NCBI GenBank assembly: GCA_049115495.1
Contig: JAGDZV010000005.1
Location: 56,901-120,900, forward strand
DNA from: Bacteroidia bacterium
GTDB taxonomy: Bacteria > Bacteroidota > Bacteroidia > CAILMK01 > JACPUW01
Direction of reading: 5' to 3'
Length of the DNA: 64,000 nucleotides
The notes beneath the pieces were generated by a model, which saw only the letters and a program-made list of their open reading frames with translations, did not search any database and was not told the origin of the DNA. This document shows, piece by piece, positions 28,199 to 37,927 of the stretch. The position numbers and the translations under genes were made by a program. The stretch's first letter is position 1. Each line of letters starts with the position of its first letter.

Positions 28199-29592
28199 TG
28201 GAATACCGTATTGAAAAAGATTCTATTGGTGATGTAAAAGTACCCGCTGATAAGTATTGGGCAGCACAAACACAACGTTCGCTTGAAAACTTTAGAATTG
28301 GCGATATTAAAATGCCCACAGAGATTATACATGCATTTGCTATTCTAAAAAAGGCCGCAGCACAAACCAATGCAGACCTTACTGATTTTTCTCAGGAAAA
28401 AGCAGATGCAATAGCTAAAGTGGCTGCTGAAATACTTAACGGTGAGCTTGACGATCAATTTCCGTTGGTGGTTTATCAAACTGGGTCAGGTACTCAGAGC
28501 AACATGAATGTGAATGAAGTTATAGCTAACAGGGGTCATGTTGTTAAAGGCGGTACTCTTGCCGATAGTGATAAATTTCTTCATCCTAATGACGATGTAA
28601 ATAAATCACAGTCTTCAAATGATACTTTTCCTACAGCAATGCACATTGCTGTATATAAAAGTGTGGTAGAAGTATGTTTGCCAGGCATGCGTACCTTAAG
28701 AGAAACGCTTAACGAGAAGGCCGAGGCCTTTATGCAAATTGTTAAGATAGGCAGAACCCACTTTATGGACGCAACGCCGCTTACTTTAGGTCAAGAATTT
28801 AGTGGTTATGTATCTCAGTTAGACCATAGTATTAAGGCTATAGAAAATGCCCTTGAGCATGTTGCGGAATTGGCCCTTGGCGGAACAGCTGTAGGTACAG
28901 GGCTAAATACACCTGAGGGTTACTCTGAGAAAGTTGCTGCTTACATTGCTGAGTATACGGGTTTACCCTTTGTAACGGCTCCTAATAAGTTTGAAGCACT
29001 TGCAGCACATGATGCAGTGGTTGAGATGAGCGGAGCGCTTAAAAGGGCTGCCGTAAGTTTAATGAAGATTGGTAACGATATTAGAATGTTGTCTTCAGGG
29101 CCTCGTTGTGCTATAGGCGAAATTTTAATTCCTGCAAATGAACCTGGTTCTTCAATTATGCCTGGTAAAGTAAATCCAACTCAATCCGAAGCATTGACTA
29201 TGGTTTGTGCTCAAGTAATTGGAAATGATACAGCAGTAACCGTTGGAGGGTTAAATGGCCATTTTGAATTAAATGTGTTTAAACCAGTAATGGCCTACAA
29301 TACATTACTTTCTTCAAGATTAATTGGTGAGGCCTGCTTGAGTTTTAATGAGAATTGTGCTGTAGGTATTGAGCCTAACAAAGAGCGAATTAATGAGCAC
29401 TTGTACAATTCATTTATGCTAGTAACTGCATTGAACACCAAGATTGGATATGACAATGCGGCCAAAATAGCTAAAAAAGCATATGCTGAAAATAAGACCT
29501 TAAAAGCGACTGCTATTGAGCTAGAATTACTTACTGCCGAGCAATACGATGAGTGGGTAAGACCAGAAAAAATGGTTGGTAAAATAGGATAG
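28198..29592 (+). CDS. fumC: class II fumarate hydratase
   Basis: [35 protein letters not shown] signature. Confidence 0.97.
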   Translation: MEYRIEKDSIGDVKVPADKYWAAQTQRSLENFRIGDIKMPTEIIHAFAILKKAAAQTNADLTDFSQEKADAIAKVAAEILNGELDDQFPLVVYQTGSGTQSNMNVNEVIANRGHVVKGGTLADSDKFLHPNDDVNKSQSSNDTFPTAMHIAVYKSVVEVCLPGMRTLRETLNEKAEAFMQIVKIGRTHFMDATPLTLGQEFSGYVSQLDHSIKAIENALEHVAELALGGTAVGTGLNTPEGYSEKVAAYIAEYTGLPFVTAPNKFEALAAHDAVVEMSGALKRAAVSLMKIGNDIRMLSSGPRCAIGEILIPANEPGSSIMPGKVNPTQSEALTMVCAQVIGNDTAVTVGGLNGHFELNVFKPVMAYNTLLSSRLIGEACLSFNENCAVGIEPNKERINEHLYNSFMLVTALNTKIGYDNAAKIAKKAYAENKTLKATAIELELLTAEQYDEWVRPEKMVGKIG

Positions 29593-29603
29593 AATTTAAA
29601 TAT

Positions 29604-29642
29604 ACACCAAAGTTCAAACTTGAATTGAACTTTGGTGTTTTT
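29604..29642 (+). terminator. intrinsic terminator after fumC
   Basis: Perfect 14 bp stem ACACCAAAGTTCAA / TTGAACTTTGGTGT plus T-run. Confidence 0.75.
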
Positions 29643-29654
29643 GTACCATTAATA

Positions 29655-29740
29655 CATCATCCTGAACTTCTCGTCTCGATTGATTCGGGATTCAAGATCT
29701 GGTGATTTTGAGTATTTGAAAGCTCAAGCTCGGGATGGCG
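29655..29740. repeat. degenerate family A palindromic element
   Basis: CATCATCCTGAACTT[insert]GATTCAAGATCT ... TCAAGCTCGGGATGGCG. Confidence 0.6.
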
Positions 29741-29757
29741 TAAAACATTAAATACAA

Positions 29758-30840
29758 ATGAGCTATAGCATAATGGAGCTTGAAAAAGCTCTTTCAACGG
29801 TAATTGATCCAGACTTTAACCAAGATATAGTAAGCCTAAAAATGGTTGAAGATATGGAAGTGAATGGCGATATTTTCAAATTCACTTTTGTTTTAACCAC
29901 GCCAGCTTGCCCTATAAAAGGTCAATTTGAAACAGATGTAAAAGATGCTGTGGCCAAAATATACCCTGAGTTGGAAGTTGAAATAAACTTTACTTCAAGG
30001 GTTACTACAGTACGCGATACCAATTCGGCAGAGCTTTCAAATATTAAAAACATAGTGCTTGTTTCTTCTGGAAAAGGCGGTGTTGGAAAATCGACAGTAG
30101 CTTGCAATTTAGCTGTTGGTTTGGCTCAAAAAGGTGCCACAGTAGGTATTCTTGATGCTGATATTCATGGCCCATCATTACCAACACTTTTTGGTGTTGA
30201 AGATGAAAAACCAGGAATGGTACAAGAAGGGCAGAAGTATAAAATGATTCCGGTAGAGAAATACGGTGTAAGTATTATCTCAATGGGAATGATGGTAGAT
30301 AAGAATCAGCCTTTAGTATTTAGAGGCCCTATGCAAGCTTCGGCGCTACGCCAACTTTTAATGGACGTAAATTGGGGTGATCTAGATTATTTATTCATTG
30401 ACTTGCCTCCAGGCACTGGTGATATTCATCTTTCTTTGGCACAACAGTTTCCTGTTACAGGGGCAGTAATTGTTACCAGCCCGCAACAGGTTTCAGTTTC
30501 AGATACTCGAAAGTCTATTGAGATGTTCATTAACCCACAAACTGCGGTTAAGGTTATTGGTATTATTGAGAACATGAGCTGGTTTACGCCTGAGGAGCAT
30601 CCTGATGAGAAATACTACCTTTTTGGAGAAGGTGGTGGCAACACCTTGGCCGGAGAATACAATCTTCCGCTTATTGCGCAGATACCACTAATTGTAGGGG
30701 TAGATAGAAGAAGCGACAATGGTGTGCCTGCCATTTTAAACAGATTGCCATTAATGAGCGAGCCTTTTAAAGACATGGTAGAAAAAGTGGCCCAACGCAT
30801 AGCGATAGCAAATGCTCAGTTGGTAGCTGAAAACGCTTAG
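29758..30840 (+). CDS. mrp: Mrp/NBP35 family Fe-S cluster carrier ATPase (ApbC)
   Basis: LTTPACP, SGKGGVGKST, DADIHGPS, DLPPGTGD, GIIENMS. Confidence 0.93.
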   Translation: MSYSIMELEKALSTVIDPDFNQDIVSLKMVEDMEVNGDIFKFTFVLTTPACPIKGQFETDVKDAVAKIYPELEVEINFTSRVTTVRDTNSAELSNIKNIVLVSSGKGGVGKSTVACNLAVGLAQKGATVGILDADIHGPSLPTLFGVEDEKPGMVQEGQKYKMIPVEKYGVSIISMGMMVDKNQPLVFRGPMQASALRQLLMDVNWGDLDYLFIDLPPGTGDIHLSLAQQFPVTGAVIVTSPQQVSVSDTRKSIEMFINPQTAVKVIGIIENMSWFTPEEHPDEKYYLFGEGGGNTLAGEYNLPLIAQIPLIVGVDRRSDNGVPAILNRLPLMSEPFKDMVEKVAQRIAIANAQLVAENA

Positions 30841-30860
30841 GGGTTTATATTTGATACCAC

Positions 30861-31115
30861 ATGACAGTTGAAGAACACAAACAACTTATAGATAAAGTTC
30901 AGATTGCGCTTGAGAGCATAAGACCTTTTTTGCAGCGCGATGGGGGCGATGTTGAGCTTATAGATGTAAGCAAAGAGTTTGAAGTTAGCATAAAGCTAAC
31001 AGGTACTTGTGCAAGCTGCAACATGAGCGGCATGACTATGAAGAATGGCATTGAAGAAAGCGTAAAAAGAGCGGTGCCTGAGATTAAGAATATTGTAGAA
31101 GCCGTTGGAGAGTAG
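30861..31115 (+). CDS. NifU/NfuA-like Fe-S scaffold domain protein
   Basis: IRPFLQRDGGDVEL...GTCASC. A TATATTTG -7 box lies at 30846-30853. Confidence 0.92.
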   Translation: MTVEEHKQLIDKVQIALESIRPFLQRDGGDVELIDVSKEFEVSIKLTGTCASCNMSGMTMKNGIEESVKRAVPEIKNIVEAVGE

Positions 31116-31140
31116 GATATATCAACAAATATGAAAACAT

Positions 31141-31174
31141 AAAAAAGGGGTGAACAATTGTTTCACCCCTTTTT
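31141..31174. terminator. bidirectional intrinsic terminator
   Basis: AAAAAAGGGGTGAA-caattgt-TTCACCCCTTTTT. Confidence 0.85.
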
Positions 31175-31195
31175 GCTACAGTAGAATTAAGTCTT

Positions 31196-31442
31196 TTATT
31201 TATCCGGCTTTTTGCTTTTTTGAACCAATTCAATAAACTCGTTTCTAGAGCCATCATTATTTAAACCCATTGCATTTTTAGCCCAATTCTCAATGTCTTT
31301 GTAGTTAGATGTTCCTTTATAATCTGAATCTCTGAGCAACAAGCTCCAAGATGCTACCGTTGCGGCAAACCTAAATTCATTACTGGCATCTTTAAATTCA
31401 CGGTACAAAACAATGTAAGAGCAGTTATTTCTTTACTCTCGG
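31196..31442 (-). pseudogene. C-terminal remnant of a YfbK/DUF3520-type vWA protein
   Basis: F..AS.EFRFAATVASWSLLLRDS.YKG......WA..A.G....G.R.EFI.LV matches the YfbK C-terminus. There is no vWA domain or good start, and the upstream sequence is replaced by the 193 bp repeats. Confidence 0.7.
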
Positions 31443-31828
31443 CCCATGGCTGGTGCGAGCTTGCAGCTCGTATCTCACAAACCATGAATAATTTCTGTCC
31501 ACTTGCTTAAGTCAAGATTATTAATAAATGGCTTACTGATACTTATGTTAATGAGAGTGGTTTATCTACATTTTGCAAAGCACGAGCTACAAGTTCGTGC
31601 TAGCAGATGGGTATTATGATTATTCCACAAGATCTCCCATAGCTGGTGCGAGCTTGCAGCTCGTATCTCACAAACCATGAATAATTTCTGTCCACTTGCT
31701 TAAGTCAAGATTATTAATAAATGGCTTACTGATACTTATATTAATGAGAGTGGTTTATCTACATTTTGCAAAGCACGAGCTACAAGCTCGCGCTAGCAGA
31801 TGGGTATTATGATTATTCTACAAGATCT
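31443..31828. repeat. tandem duplication (2 x 193 bp) of a REP-doublet/MITE-like element (family D)
   Basis: Units start at 31443 and 31636 with 5 differences. Each has terminal IRs CCCAT.GCTGGTGCGAGCTTGCAGCTCGT / GCACGAGCTACAAG.TCG.GCTAGCAGATGGG. Confidence 0.92.
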
Positions 31829-31990
31829 CTCCTACGTCGAGATGACCATTTCGAAAGTTGATTTTGGTTGGAAGTAGTTTATAACTCAAAACTCAACTAA
31901 TCTATAGTAAAGGTTTATTCACTATAGATTTTTGGTTAACACTAACGTTCAAAAGAGATATTCAAATTTTGACATTTTCAAATTCTTAGA

Positions 31991-33478
31991 TCATGCCTTT
32001 TCCCAACGGCTACCATCTTTACCATCAAGAATCTTATAACCTAACTCTGTAATTTGATTTCTGATTTTATCGGCAGTGGCCCAGTCTTTATTCACTTTGG
32101 CATTGTTTCTAATATCAATGAGCAATTGCATAAGACCATCAACAGAGTCGGTGCCTTGGGCTGCTTTTTCTTCATTTATTAGACCAAGAATATCAAAAAC
32201 AAAAGCATTCATCAACTCTTTAAACCTTGATAGGTCAGTTTCATTAAGCTGAATTTTACCATCGTTTAATTGGTTAATGATCTTAACGCCTTCAAACAAG
32301 TTGGCTAATAACTGTGCGGTATTTAAATCGTCATCAAGCTTCGCAAAACTGTCTTTTTCCCATTCCGCTAAATTCCAACCGCTTTCTTTACCTGGCTTTA
32401 TGTTTTCAAGCAAATCAAGGCTATTCATTAATCGCTGATAGGCTTTATGAGCAGATTTTAAAGCATCATTAGAAAAATCTAATGTAGAACGGTAATGCGC
32501 CATTAAAATGTAAAACCTAATGGTCATTGGCGTGTAGGCTTGCTCAAGCAATGCATGATCTCCACTAAAGAATTGGTCAAGGTTAATACCGTTGCCGTAT
32601 GATTTACCCATTTTTTTACCATCAAGGGTAATCATGTTGTTGTGCATCCAATACTTCACCGGGTTTTGGCCGGTGGCAGCTTGTGCTTGTGCTATCTCAC
32701 ATTCGTGGTGCGGAAACTGCAAGTCCATTCCACCACCATGAATATCAAATGGATAATCTAAATATTTTCTACTCATTACCGAGCATTCCATATGCCAACC
32801 AGGGAAACCCAGTCCCCAAGGCGATTCCCAACGCATAATGTGCTCAGGCAATGCATTCTTCCAAATGGCAAAATCGAGCGGGCTGCGCTTTTCTTTTTGC
32901 CCATCAAGGTTTCTTGTATCATCTCTATCGCTGCCCGCAATAAGATCTTCAAGTACTTTACCCGATAACTTTCCGTAATCATTGGTTTTAGCGTATTTCT
33001 CAACATCAAAATACACTGAGCCATTACTTTCATAGGCTAGGCCCGCTTCCAAAATTTCTTCAACCATCTTAATTTGCTCAGGAATATGACCTGCTGCTGA
33101 TGGTTCTATGCTAGGCGGCGTATTGTTGAGCGCACGCATAGCATCATGAAAACTATTGGTGTACTGCTGCACCACTTCCATTGGCTCAAGTTGTTCAACC
33201 TTAGCTTTTTTAGCAATTTTATCTTCGCCTTCGTCTGCGTCGTTTACCAGATGGCCTACATCGGTTATGTTGCGCACATAGCGCACTTTGTGACCTAAAT
33301 ATTTAAGATATCTAAAAAGTACATCAAAAGTGATGTAAGGACGAGCATGACCCAAATGCGGATCGCCATAAACCGTAGGACCGCACACATACATGCCTAC
33401 AAACGGCGGCTTAATAGGTTCAAACAACTCTTTTTGCCTTGTATAGCTGTTGTAAACGTGTAAGTTGTGCTTTTTCAT
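31991..33478 (-). CDS. cysS: cysteine--tRNA ligase
   Basis: [40 protein letters not shown]. The likely start is ATG 33478, downstream of a TACTTTTG box at 33500-33507. Confidence 0.97.
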   Translation of the reverse strand: MKKHNLHVYNSYTRQKELFEPIKPPFVGMYVCGPTVYGDPHLGHARPYITFDVLFRYLKYLGHKVRYVRNITDVGHLVNDADEGEDKIAKKAKVEQLEPMEVVQQYTNSFHDAMRALNNTPPSIEPSAAGHIPEQIKMVEEILEAGLAYESNGSVYFDVEKYAKTNDYGKLSGKVLEDLIAGSDRDDTRNLDGQKEKRSPLDFAIWKNALPEHIMRWESPWGLGFPGWHMECSVMSRKYLDYPFDIHGGGMDLQFPHHECEIAQAQAATGQNPVKYWMHNNMITLDGKKMGKSYGNGINLDQFFSGDHALLEQAYTPMTIRFYILMAHYRSTLDFSNDALKSAHKAYQRLMNSLDLLENIKPGKESGWNLAEWEKDSFAKLDDDLNTAQLLANLFEGVKIINQLNDGKIQLNETDLSRFKELMNAFVFDILGLINEEKAAQGTDSVDGLMQLLIDIRNNAKVNKDWATADKIRNQITELGYKILDGKDGSRWEKA

Positions 33479-33665
33479 GGTTAAAAAATTATGAGCCTGC
33501 AAAAGTAAAAAGCATTGCGTCCAATAAATCGTTCTAAATGGGTGAAATTATGTTTTTGAGGAGTTACCTACGTTTATAGGTAATGCCCGCGCTACTTTTA
33601 TATAGAATAGAAAAAGGGCTTTGCAGTAGCTAATTATATGAAAAGGCCTAATTAGTTAATGTGAA

Positions 33666-34310
33666 CTATTTAATCCAACTCACTTTTTCTTTGGCTATTT
33701 TCAGTTTGTCTTCTAGTTCCTTCATTTTCAATAAAGTTTCTTTTGGCGCATCAACAATAAACATAGAAACTATCCAAGCTGGCAAGCCCTCAGGATCTGA
33801 TACAAACTGGTAGGTAACATCAGTTTTATTTTCGCCAATTTCAGTGAACTTCCAAAATCCCCTTGCTGTTTTCATTCTTACTAAACCGTCTTTTTCCGAC
33901 ACATAATCAGGGTCGGCATACATTTTAATAATCGCCGTTTTGTTTGTTTTATCAAAACTGGCTTCAGTTTTACTTACAATGTCTCTATTGTCAAGAGGCC
34001 AAGGCATTTCAACTTCTGAGTAAACCACTTTTTGCGTAGGTGTTATTTCTTTAATTAGCTCGCTTCTTTTTACGCCATGTACAAAATCTGCCTGATTTTT
34101 AGCATTATCTATTAGTGCCACCACCTGTTCGAGCGGTGCGTTTATGGTTGTAATCCCTTTAAATTCTGACAAGCCTTCGGCAGAGTTTCTTGTATAAACA
34201 TTTATATCGCTGCTATTGTAAGCAAGTTTCCAATCGTTGGTATTGGTATTAAAAGAAAAGAGGGTTACTACTATAAAAAAAATGGCGCCCTTGTATATTG
34301 ATTTAAACAT
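33666..34310 (-). CDS. START/SRPBCC lipid-binding domain protein, secreted
   Basis: Signal peptide, DWKL....INVYTR, MPWPLDNRD, DP.GLPAW. The start may be 34310 or 34337. Confidence 0.85.
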   Translation of the reverse strand: MFKSIYKGAIFFIVVTLFSFNTNTNDWKLAYNSSDINVYTRNSAEGLSEFKGITTINAPLEQVVALIDNAKNQADFVHGVKRSELIKEITPTQKVVYSEVEMPWPLDNRDIVSKTEASFDKTNKTAIIKMYADPDYVSEKDGLVRMKTARGFWKFTEIGENKTDVTYQFVSDPEGLPAWIVSMFIVDAPKETLLKMKELEDKLKIAKEKVSWIK

Positions 34311-34383
34311 TGGTGAAGGTTTAAGGGCTAACTCCAAATAGCCTTTTTATGTTTTGATGAAAATCAGAAAAATTCTAAACGTC

Positions 34384-35052
34384 TCAAAAAAGCACCTTCT
34401 TTTCGTTAACCCATTTACTGGGTAGCTCAATTTGCTTATAGTTACTAATTTGTTTTTGCCCCAAAAACTCTACATCATTGAATTGACCCAGGTGTTTTAT
34501 TATGTAGTCGTATTCGTGATAAGTTCGCTCAGCGCCGCTTGATAAATTGAAATCGTACTTACCATTAATTGAATATCTAATAAAACTTCCTGGTCTTAAC
34601 TCAGCTATTTTATGGTTTTGCCGCGTAGGTTTTCCAATAGTGCCTTTGTGATTTTGGTAGTCTAAGTAAACTTCAATATTGTCGTTCGCTATTTGCTTAA
34701 AATTCAGAATTTCAACCCTGCAAATTGAGCTTGTGTTTTGAAAAAAGTAATGCTCTTTTACTTGCTTTATCTGTTCTTGTATTCTGTTTTTATACCAATC
34801 AGGTAAATCTTTTCTAAGATACTTTCTTAATTGTGCTTCTTTGTCAAACCCAATAATATCATTTATTATAATCAGGTTGGCTTTTTGGGCGTCTTGATTA
34901 ATTATAAAGTTAGGTAGAACTAATGTCCTATCTTCTATGGACCCATTCTTGGATTCTATCGCTTTTGGCCATTCGTAGTTGGCTCGCCACTCTTTGTAAT
35001 TGTGTTTAAAAAGGCGATTGAAGTTGGTGAAAACTTGAATGGCGGTGGGCAT
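34384..35052 (-). CDS. hypothetical protein
   Basis: 222 aa ORF with an upstream TAAATTTG-type box. No recognised family. Confidence 0.65.
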   Translation of the reverse strand: MPTAIQVFTNFNRLFKHNYKEWRANYEWPKAIESKNGSIEDRTLVLPNFIINQDAQKANLIIINDIIGFDKEAQLRKYLRKDLPDWYKNRIQEQIKQVKEHYFFQNTSSICRVEILNFKQIANDNIEVYLDYQNHKGTIGKPTRQNHKIAELRPGSFIRYSINGKYDFNLSSGAERTYHEYDYIIKHLGQFNDVEFLGQKQISNYKQIELPSKWVNEKKVLF

Positions 35053-35154
35053 AGTTCTTTATGATGGCTAAATGTCTTTTCCAAATTTACAAAGGTGGAC
35101 GCAGGAGCGCCCATTGAAGTTTCATCACCACGTGGGAACGTGGCGATAGAAAAT

Positions 35155-35183
35155 AAAAAATCCCGCCCTGTGAGCAGGATTTT
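35155..35183 (-). terminator. intrinsic terminator after pepD
   Basis: AAAAAATCC.GC...GC.GGATTTT hairpin with U-tract on the minus strand. Confidence 0.65.
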
Positions 35184-35220
35184 CCATTAACTATTTTCCA
35201 AATAACTAATAACCAATTCG

Positions 35221-36690
35221 CTAGTCCATGTGCGGAATGTGCTCCAAGGTATTTTGTAAGAACTTCCAGAATTTATCTACTGAATCAATTTTCACTTTCT
35301 CGTCAGGTGAGTGAGGGCCTTTAATAGTTGGGCCAAAAGAAATCATATGCATTCCAGGAAAATGCTTACCCAAAATACCACATTCCAAACCTGCATGACA
35401 AGCCAACACATTGGCATCTTCATTAAACATATTGGTATAAAGGCTATTCATTGTTTTTAGAATTGGTGCATCTGGTAATGGTTCCCAACCTGGGTATTCG
35501 CCGCCTTGTTGCACGGTAGCACCAATGAGTTCAAATGTTGATCTAATGGCGTTAGCCAAGTCCATTTTAGCCGACTCGGTTGAGCTACGGGTTAAACATT
35601 GACAAGTAAAATCACCATTACTTACAATAATTCTCGCTAAACTGTTTGAAGTCTCTACCAACCCTGCTACTTCTGGGTGCATGCGGTAAACGCCTTGTGG
35701 AAGTGCAGAAACGGCATTGATCAATGCATCTTGTGCAGCATTGCTCATTACTTTACCTGGTAAATCAGCATTTACAAGGCTTATTTCTAGATCGGGGTCA
35801 GTTGTTTTGAATTCAGCTTTTATTTCTTCGGTCATTTTGTTTACATGGGCTGTAAACTCACTTGGTTTGTGAACGGCCAATATGGCTTCCGATTCTCGTG
35901 GAATAGCATTGCGCAAACCACCGCCATTAATGCTTCCTACTTTTACCCCAAAAAGCTCACGGCTTTTGTATAGAAGGCGGTTCATTATTTTATTGGCATT
36001 GCCACGTTGTAGAATTATATCCATACCTGAGTGGCCACCTACCAAACCTTTAACGGTAAGTTTCATTCCTGTACCTGCGGCTTCAGCTTGATCGTAATTC
36101 CAGCTTACGTTGGTATCAATTCCACCAGCGCAACCAATGCACAGCTCATCATCATCTTCGGTGTCAAGGTTTAGCATTATGCTTCCTTTTATTCCTAAGA
36201 TGTCATTATTTAAATTAATAGCACCGGTCATGCCTGTTTCTTCGTCAATGGTAAAAAGAGCCTCAATGGCAGGGTGCTTAATATCGGTTGAAGATAGCAC
36301 TGCCATGGTACCCGCTACGCCCATTCCGTTGTCAGCGCCTAGGGTTGTGCCTTTAGCTTTTACCCATTCTCCATCAATATACGATTGTATGCCTTGGGTT
36401 AAGAAATCAAAATCGGTATCGTTATTTTTTTGGTGAACCATATCTAAGTGGCTCTGCAAAACCACGGTTGGTCTATCTTCCATGCCAGCAGTGGCTGGCT
36501 TTTTTATTACTACGTTTCCTAAGCCCGGAGCAACACAATTGTCGCATACCGTTTCAAGGCCAAGGCTGTTTCCAAATTCCATCATCCACTTTACCACAGC
36601 TTCTTCTTTTTTTGAAGGACGTGGTACAGCATTTAAGTCTTCAAAATGGTTCCAAACTATTTTGGGTTCCAGGTTTCTTACTTCGCTCAT
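35221..36690 (-). CDS. pepD: aminoacyl-histidine dipeptidase (M20C)
   Basis: PRPSKKE, LQSHLDMV, TTLGADNG, DEETGM.GA, GGHSG, HAGLECG, HSPDE. Confidence 0.95.
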   Translation of the reverse strand: MSEVRNLEPKIVWNHFEDLNAVPRPSKKEEAVVKWMMEFGNSLGLETVCDNCVAPGLGNVVIKKPATAGMEDRPTVVLQSHLDMVHQKNNDTDFDFLTQGIQSYIDGEWVKAKGTTLGADNGMGVAGTMAVLSSTDIKHPAIEALFTIDEETGMTGAINLNNDILGIKGSIMLNLDTEDDDELCIGCAGGIDTNVSWNYDQAEAAGTGMKLTVKGLVGGHSGMDIILQRGNANKIMNRLLYKSRELFGVKVGSINGGGLRNAIPRESEAILAVHKPSEFTAHVNKMTEEIKAEFKTTDPDLEISLVNADLPGKVMSNAAQDALINAVSALPQGVYRMHPEVAGLVETSNSLARIIVSNGDFTCQCLTRSSTESAKMDLANAIRSTFELIGATVQQGGEYPGWEPLPDAPILKTMNSLYTNMFNEDANVLACHAGLECGILGKHFPGMHMISFGPTIKGPHSPDEKVKIDSVDKFWKFLQNTLEHIPHMD

Positions 36691-36840
36691 TGAGTCGTTT
36701 TATTTTAGGTGTCCAAATTACAGGCTTTAATATAGCTTGAGCAATAACGTATATCATTTTTTAGATAGGCGGCATCAATAGCTGTTAGATTAAACCCACC
36801 GCCTGCCAAAATCCATGATTTCAACCATGGATTGAATCAC

Positions 36841-36874
36841 AAAAAAAATCCCGCCAGCTGGGCCAACGGGATTT
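36841..36874 (-). terminator. intrinsic terminator after SPFH gene
   Basis: A8-TCCCG...CGGGATTT. Confidence 0.65.
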
Positions 36875-36901
36875 ACAAAAGGCATTATGATATGAGATAT
36901 T

Positions 36902-37747
36902 TTATTCTTCTAACATCACAGGCATTTCGCCATTGCTAATTATAACTTTTGCATTGGTGCTTTGCGCAAGTTTTAGGTAGGCTTCAATCATTTTAAATCG
37001 AAGTACTTCATCATTTAAACTTTCAGCTACAATTTCTTGAGATTTGGCCGCGCCTTCAGCTTCAATTATTTGTGATTCGGCATTACCTTTTGCTGCAATA
37101 ATCTTGGCGTCGGCAATACCTTTTGCTTCAATTTGCTTTCTTTCTATTTCTTGTTTTTCTCTTTGAAGCACAAACTGCATTCTTTGAGCTTCTTGCTCGG
37201 CGGCAAGTTTTTCTTCTATGGCTCTAGTAAGCGTGCTTGGTAGAATAATTCTTTTTAATAATACTTTTTCAATAAATATTCCTTTTTCTTTTAAGGTTTC
37301 GAGCATTAGCTCTTTTACTTGGTCTTCAATAACAGCACGCTCTCCGGTATGCATGTCTTTGGCCATAAACCTTGAACTTACATCAGCCAATGCCGACCTA
37401 AATACAGGTGCAATTAAATCTTCTTCGTATTCGGTACCTACTTTTCTAAGAAGCTCTTTAATCATGTCAGGATTTACTCGGTAAAGAATTGAAGCTTCGC
37501 AGCTAATAGTTAACCCTTCTTTAGACGGAATATCAAGGTTAATTTTTTTATTGATAATTCTGATGGGAACCGTGAGGTAGGTTGAAATAAATGGGTTGTA
37601 GAGTCTGGCACCTTCACTAACGGGTTCACCTATTAATTTACCTACGCGTCGTTTCACGGCAATTTCGTCTTGCTGTATAACAATGCAGCTACTGGTGAAT
37701 AAAATAGTGAACACTAAAAAGGCAGAAAGGGTAATGAATTTTGGCAT
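36902..37747 (-). CDS. SPFH/prohibitin (band 7) family protein
   Basis: SKEGL.I....SILYRV, AIEEKLAAEQEAQRMQFVL, IEA.G repeats. The likely start is MPKF (37747), with an FTSSC lipobox-like segment. Confidence 0.9.
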   Translation of the reverse strand: MPKFITLSAFLVFTILFTSSCIVIQQDEIAVKRRVGKLIGEPVSEGARLYNPFISTYLTVPIRIINKKINLDIPSKEGLTISCEASILYRVNPDMIKELLRKVGTEYEEDLIAPVFRSALADVSSRFMAKDMHTGERAVIEDQVKELMLETLKEKGIFIEKVLLKRIILPSTLTRAIEEKLAAEQEAQRMQFVLQREKQEIERKQIEAKGIADAKIIAAKGNAESQIIEAEGAAKSQEIVAESLNDEVLRFKMIEAYLKLAQSTNAKVIISNGEMPVMLEE

Positions 37748-37846
37748 AGGATATGATTTTAATGGATTAACGAGTTGATATAAGGCCTGTTTATGCTTTA
37801 ACATCTTTTTTTCTTGATTAATGAAATGTTAATGCTTTTGTATTTA

Positions 37847-37861
37847 CCAAAAGCTGTGCCG
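37847..37861 (-). promoter_or_regulatory. possible sigma-54 promoter for the SPFH gene
   Basis: Minus strand CGGCACAGCTTTTGG (GGCAC-N5-TTG). Confidence 0.4.
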
Positions 37862-37881
37862 AAGGCGATTCTTGATTTAGA

Positions 37882-37907
37882 GCAACCAATAGCTTCGACT
37901 TGACGTA
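37882..37907 (+). promoter_or_regulatory. possible ECF sigma promoter for the PorP/SprF gene
   Basis: GCAACC-N16-CGTA fits the generic ECF -35 AAC / -10 CGT layout, 20 nt upstream of the ATG. Confidence 0.4.
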
Positions 37908-37927
37908 ACAAATGGAAAATTATCTAA

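Noticed and set aside
31443-31828. CRISPR array
   Set aside because: Only two 193 bp units with near-identical interiors. There are no unique spacers and no cas genes.
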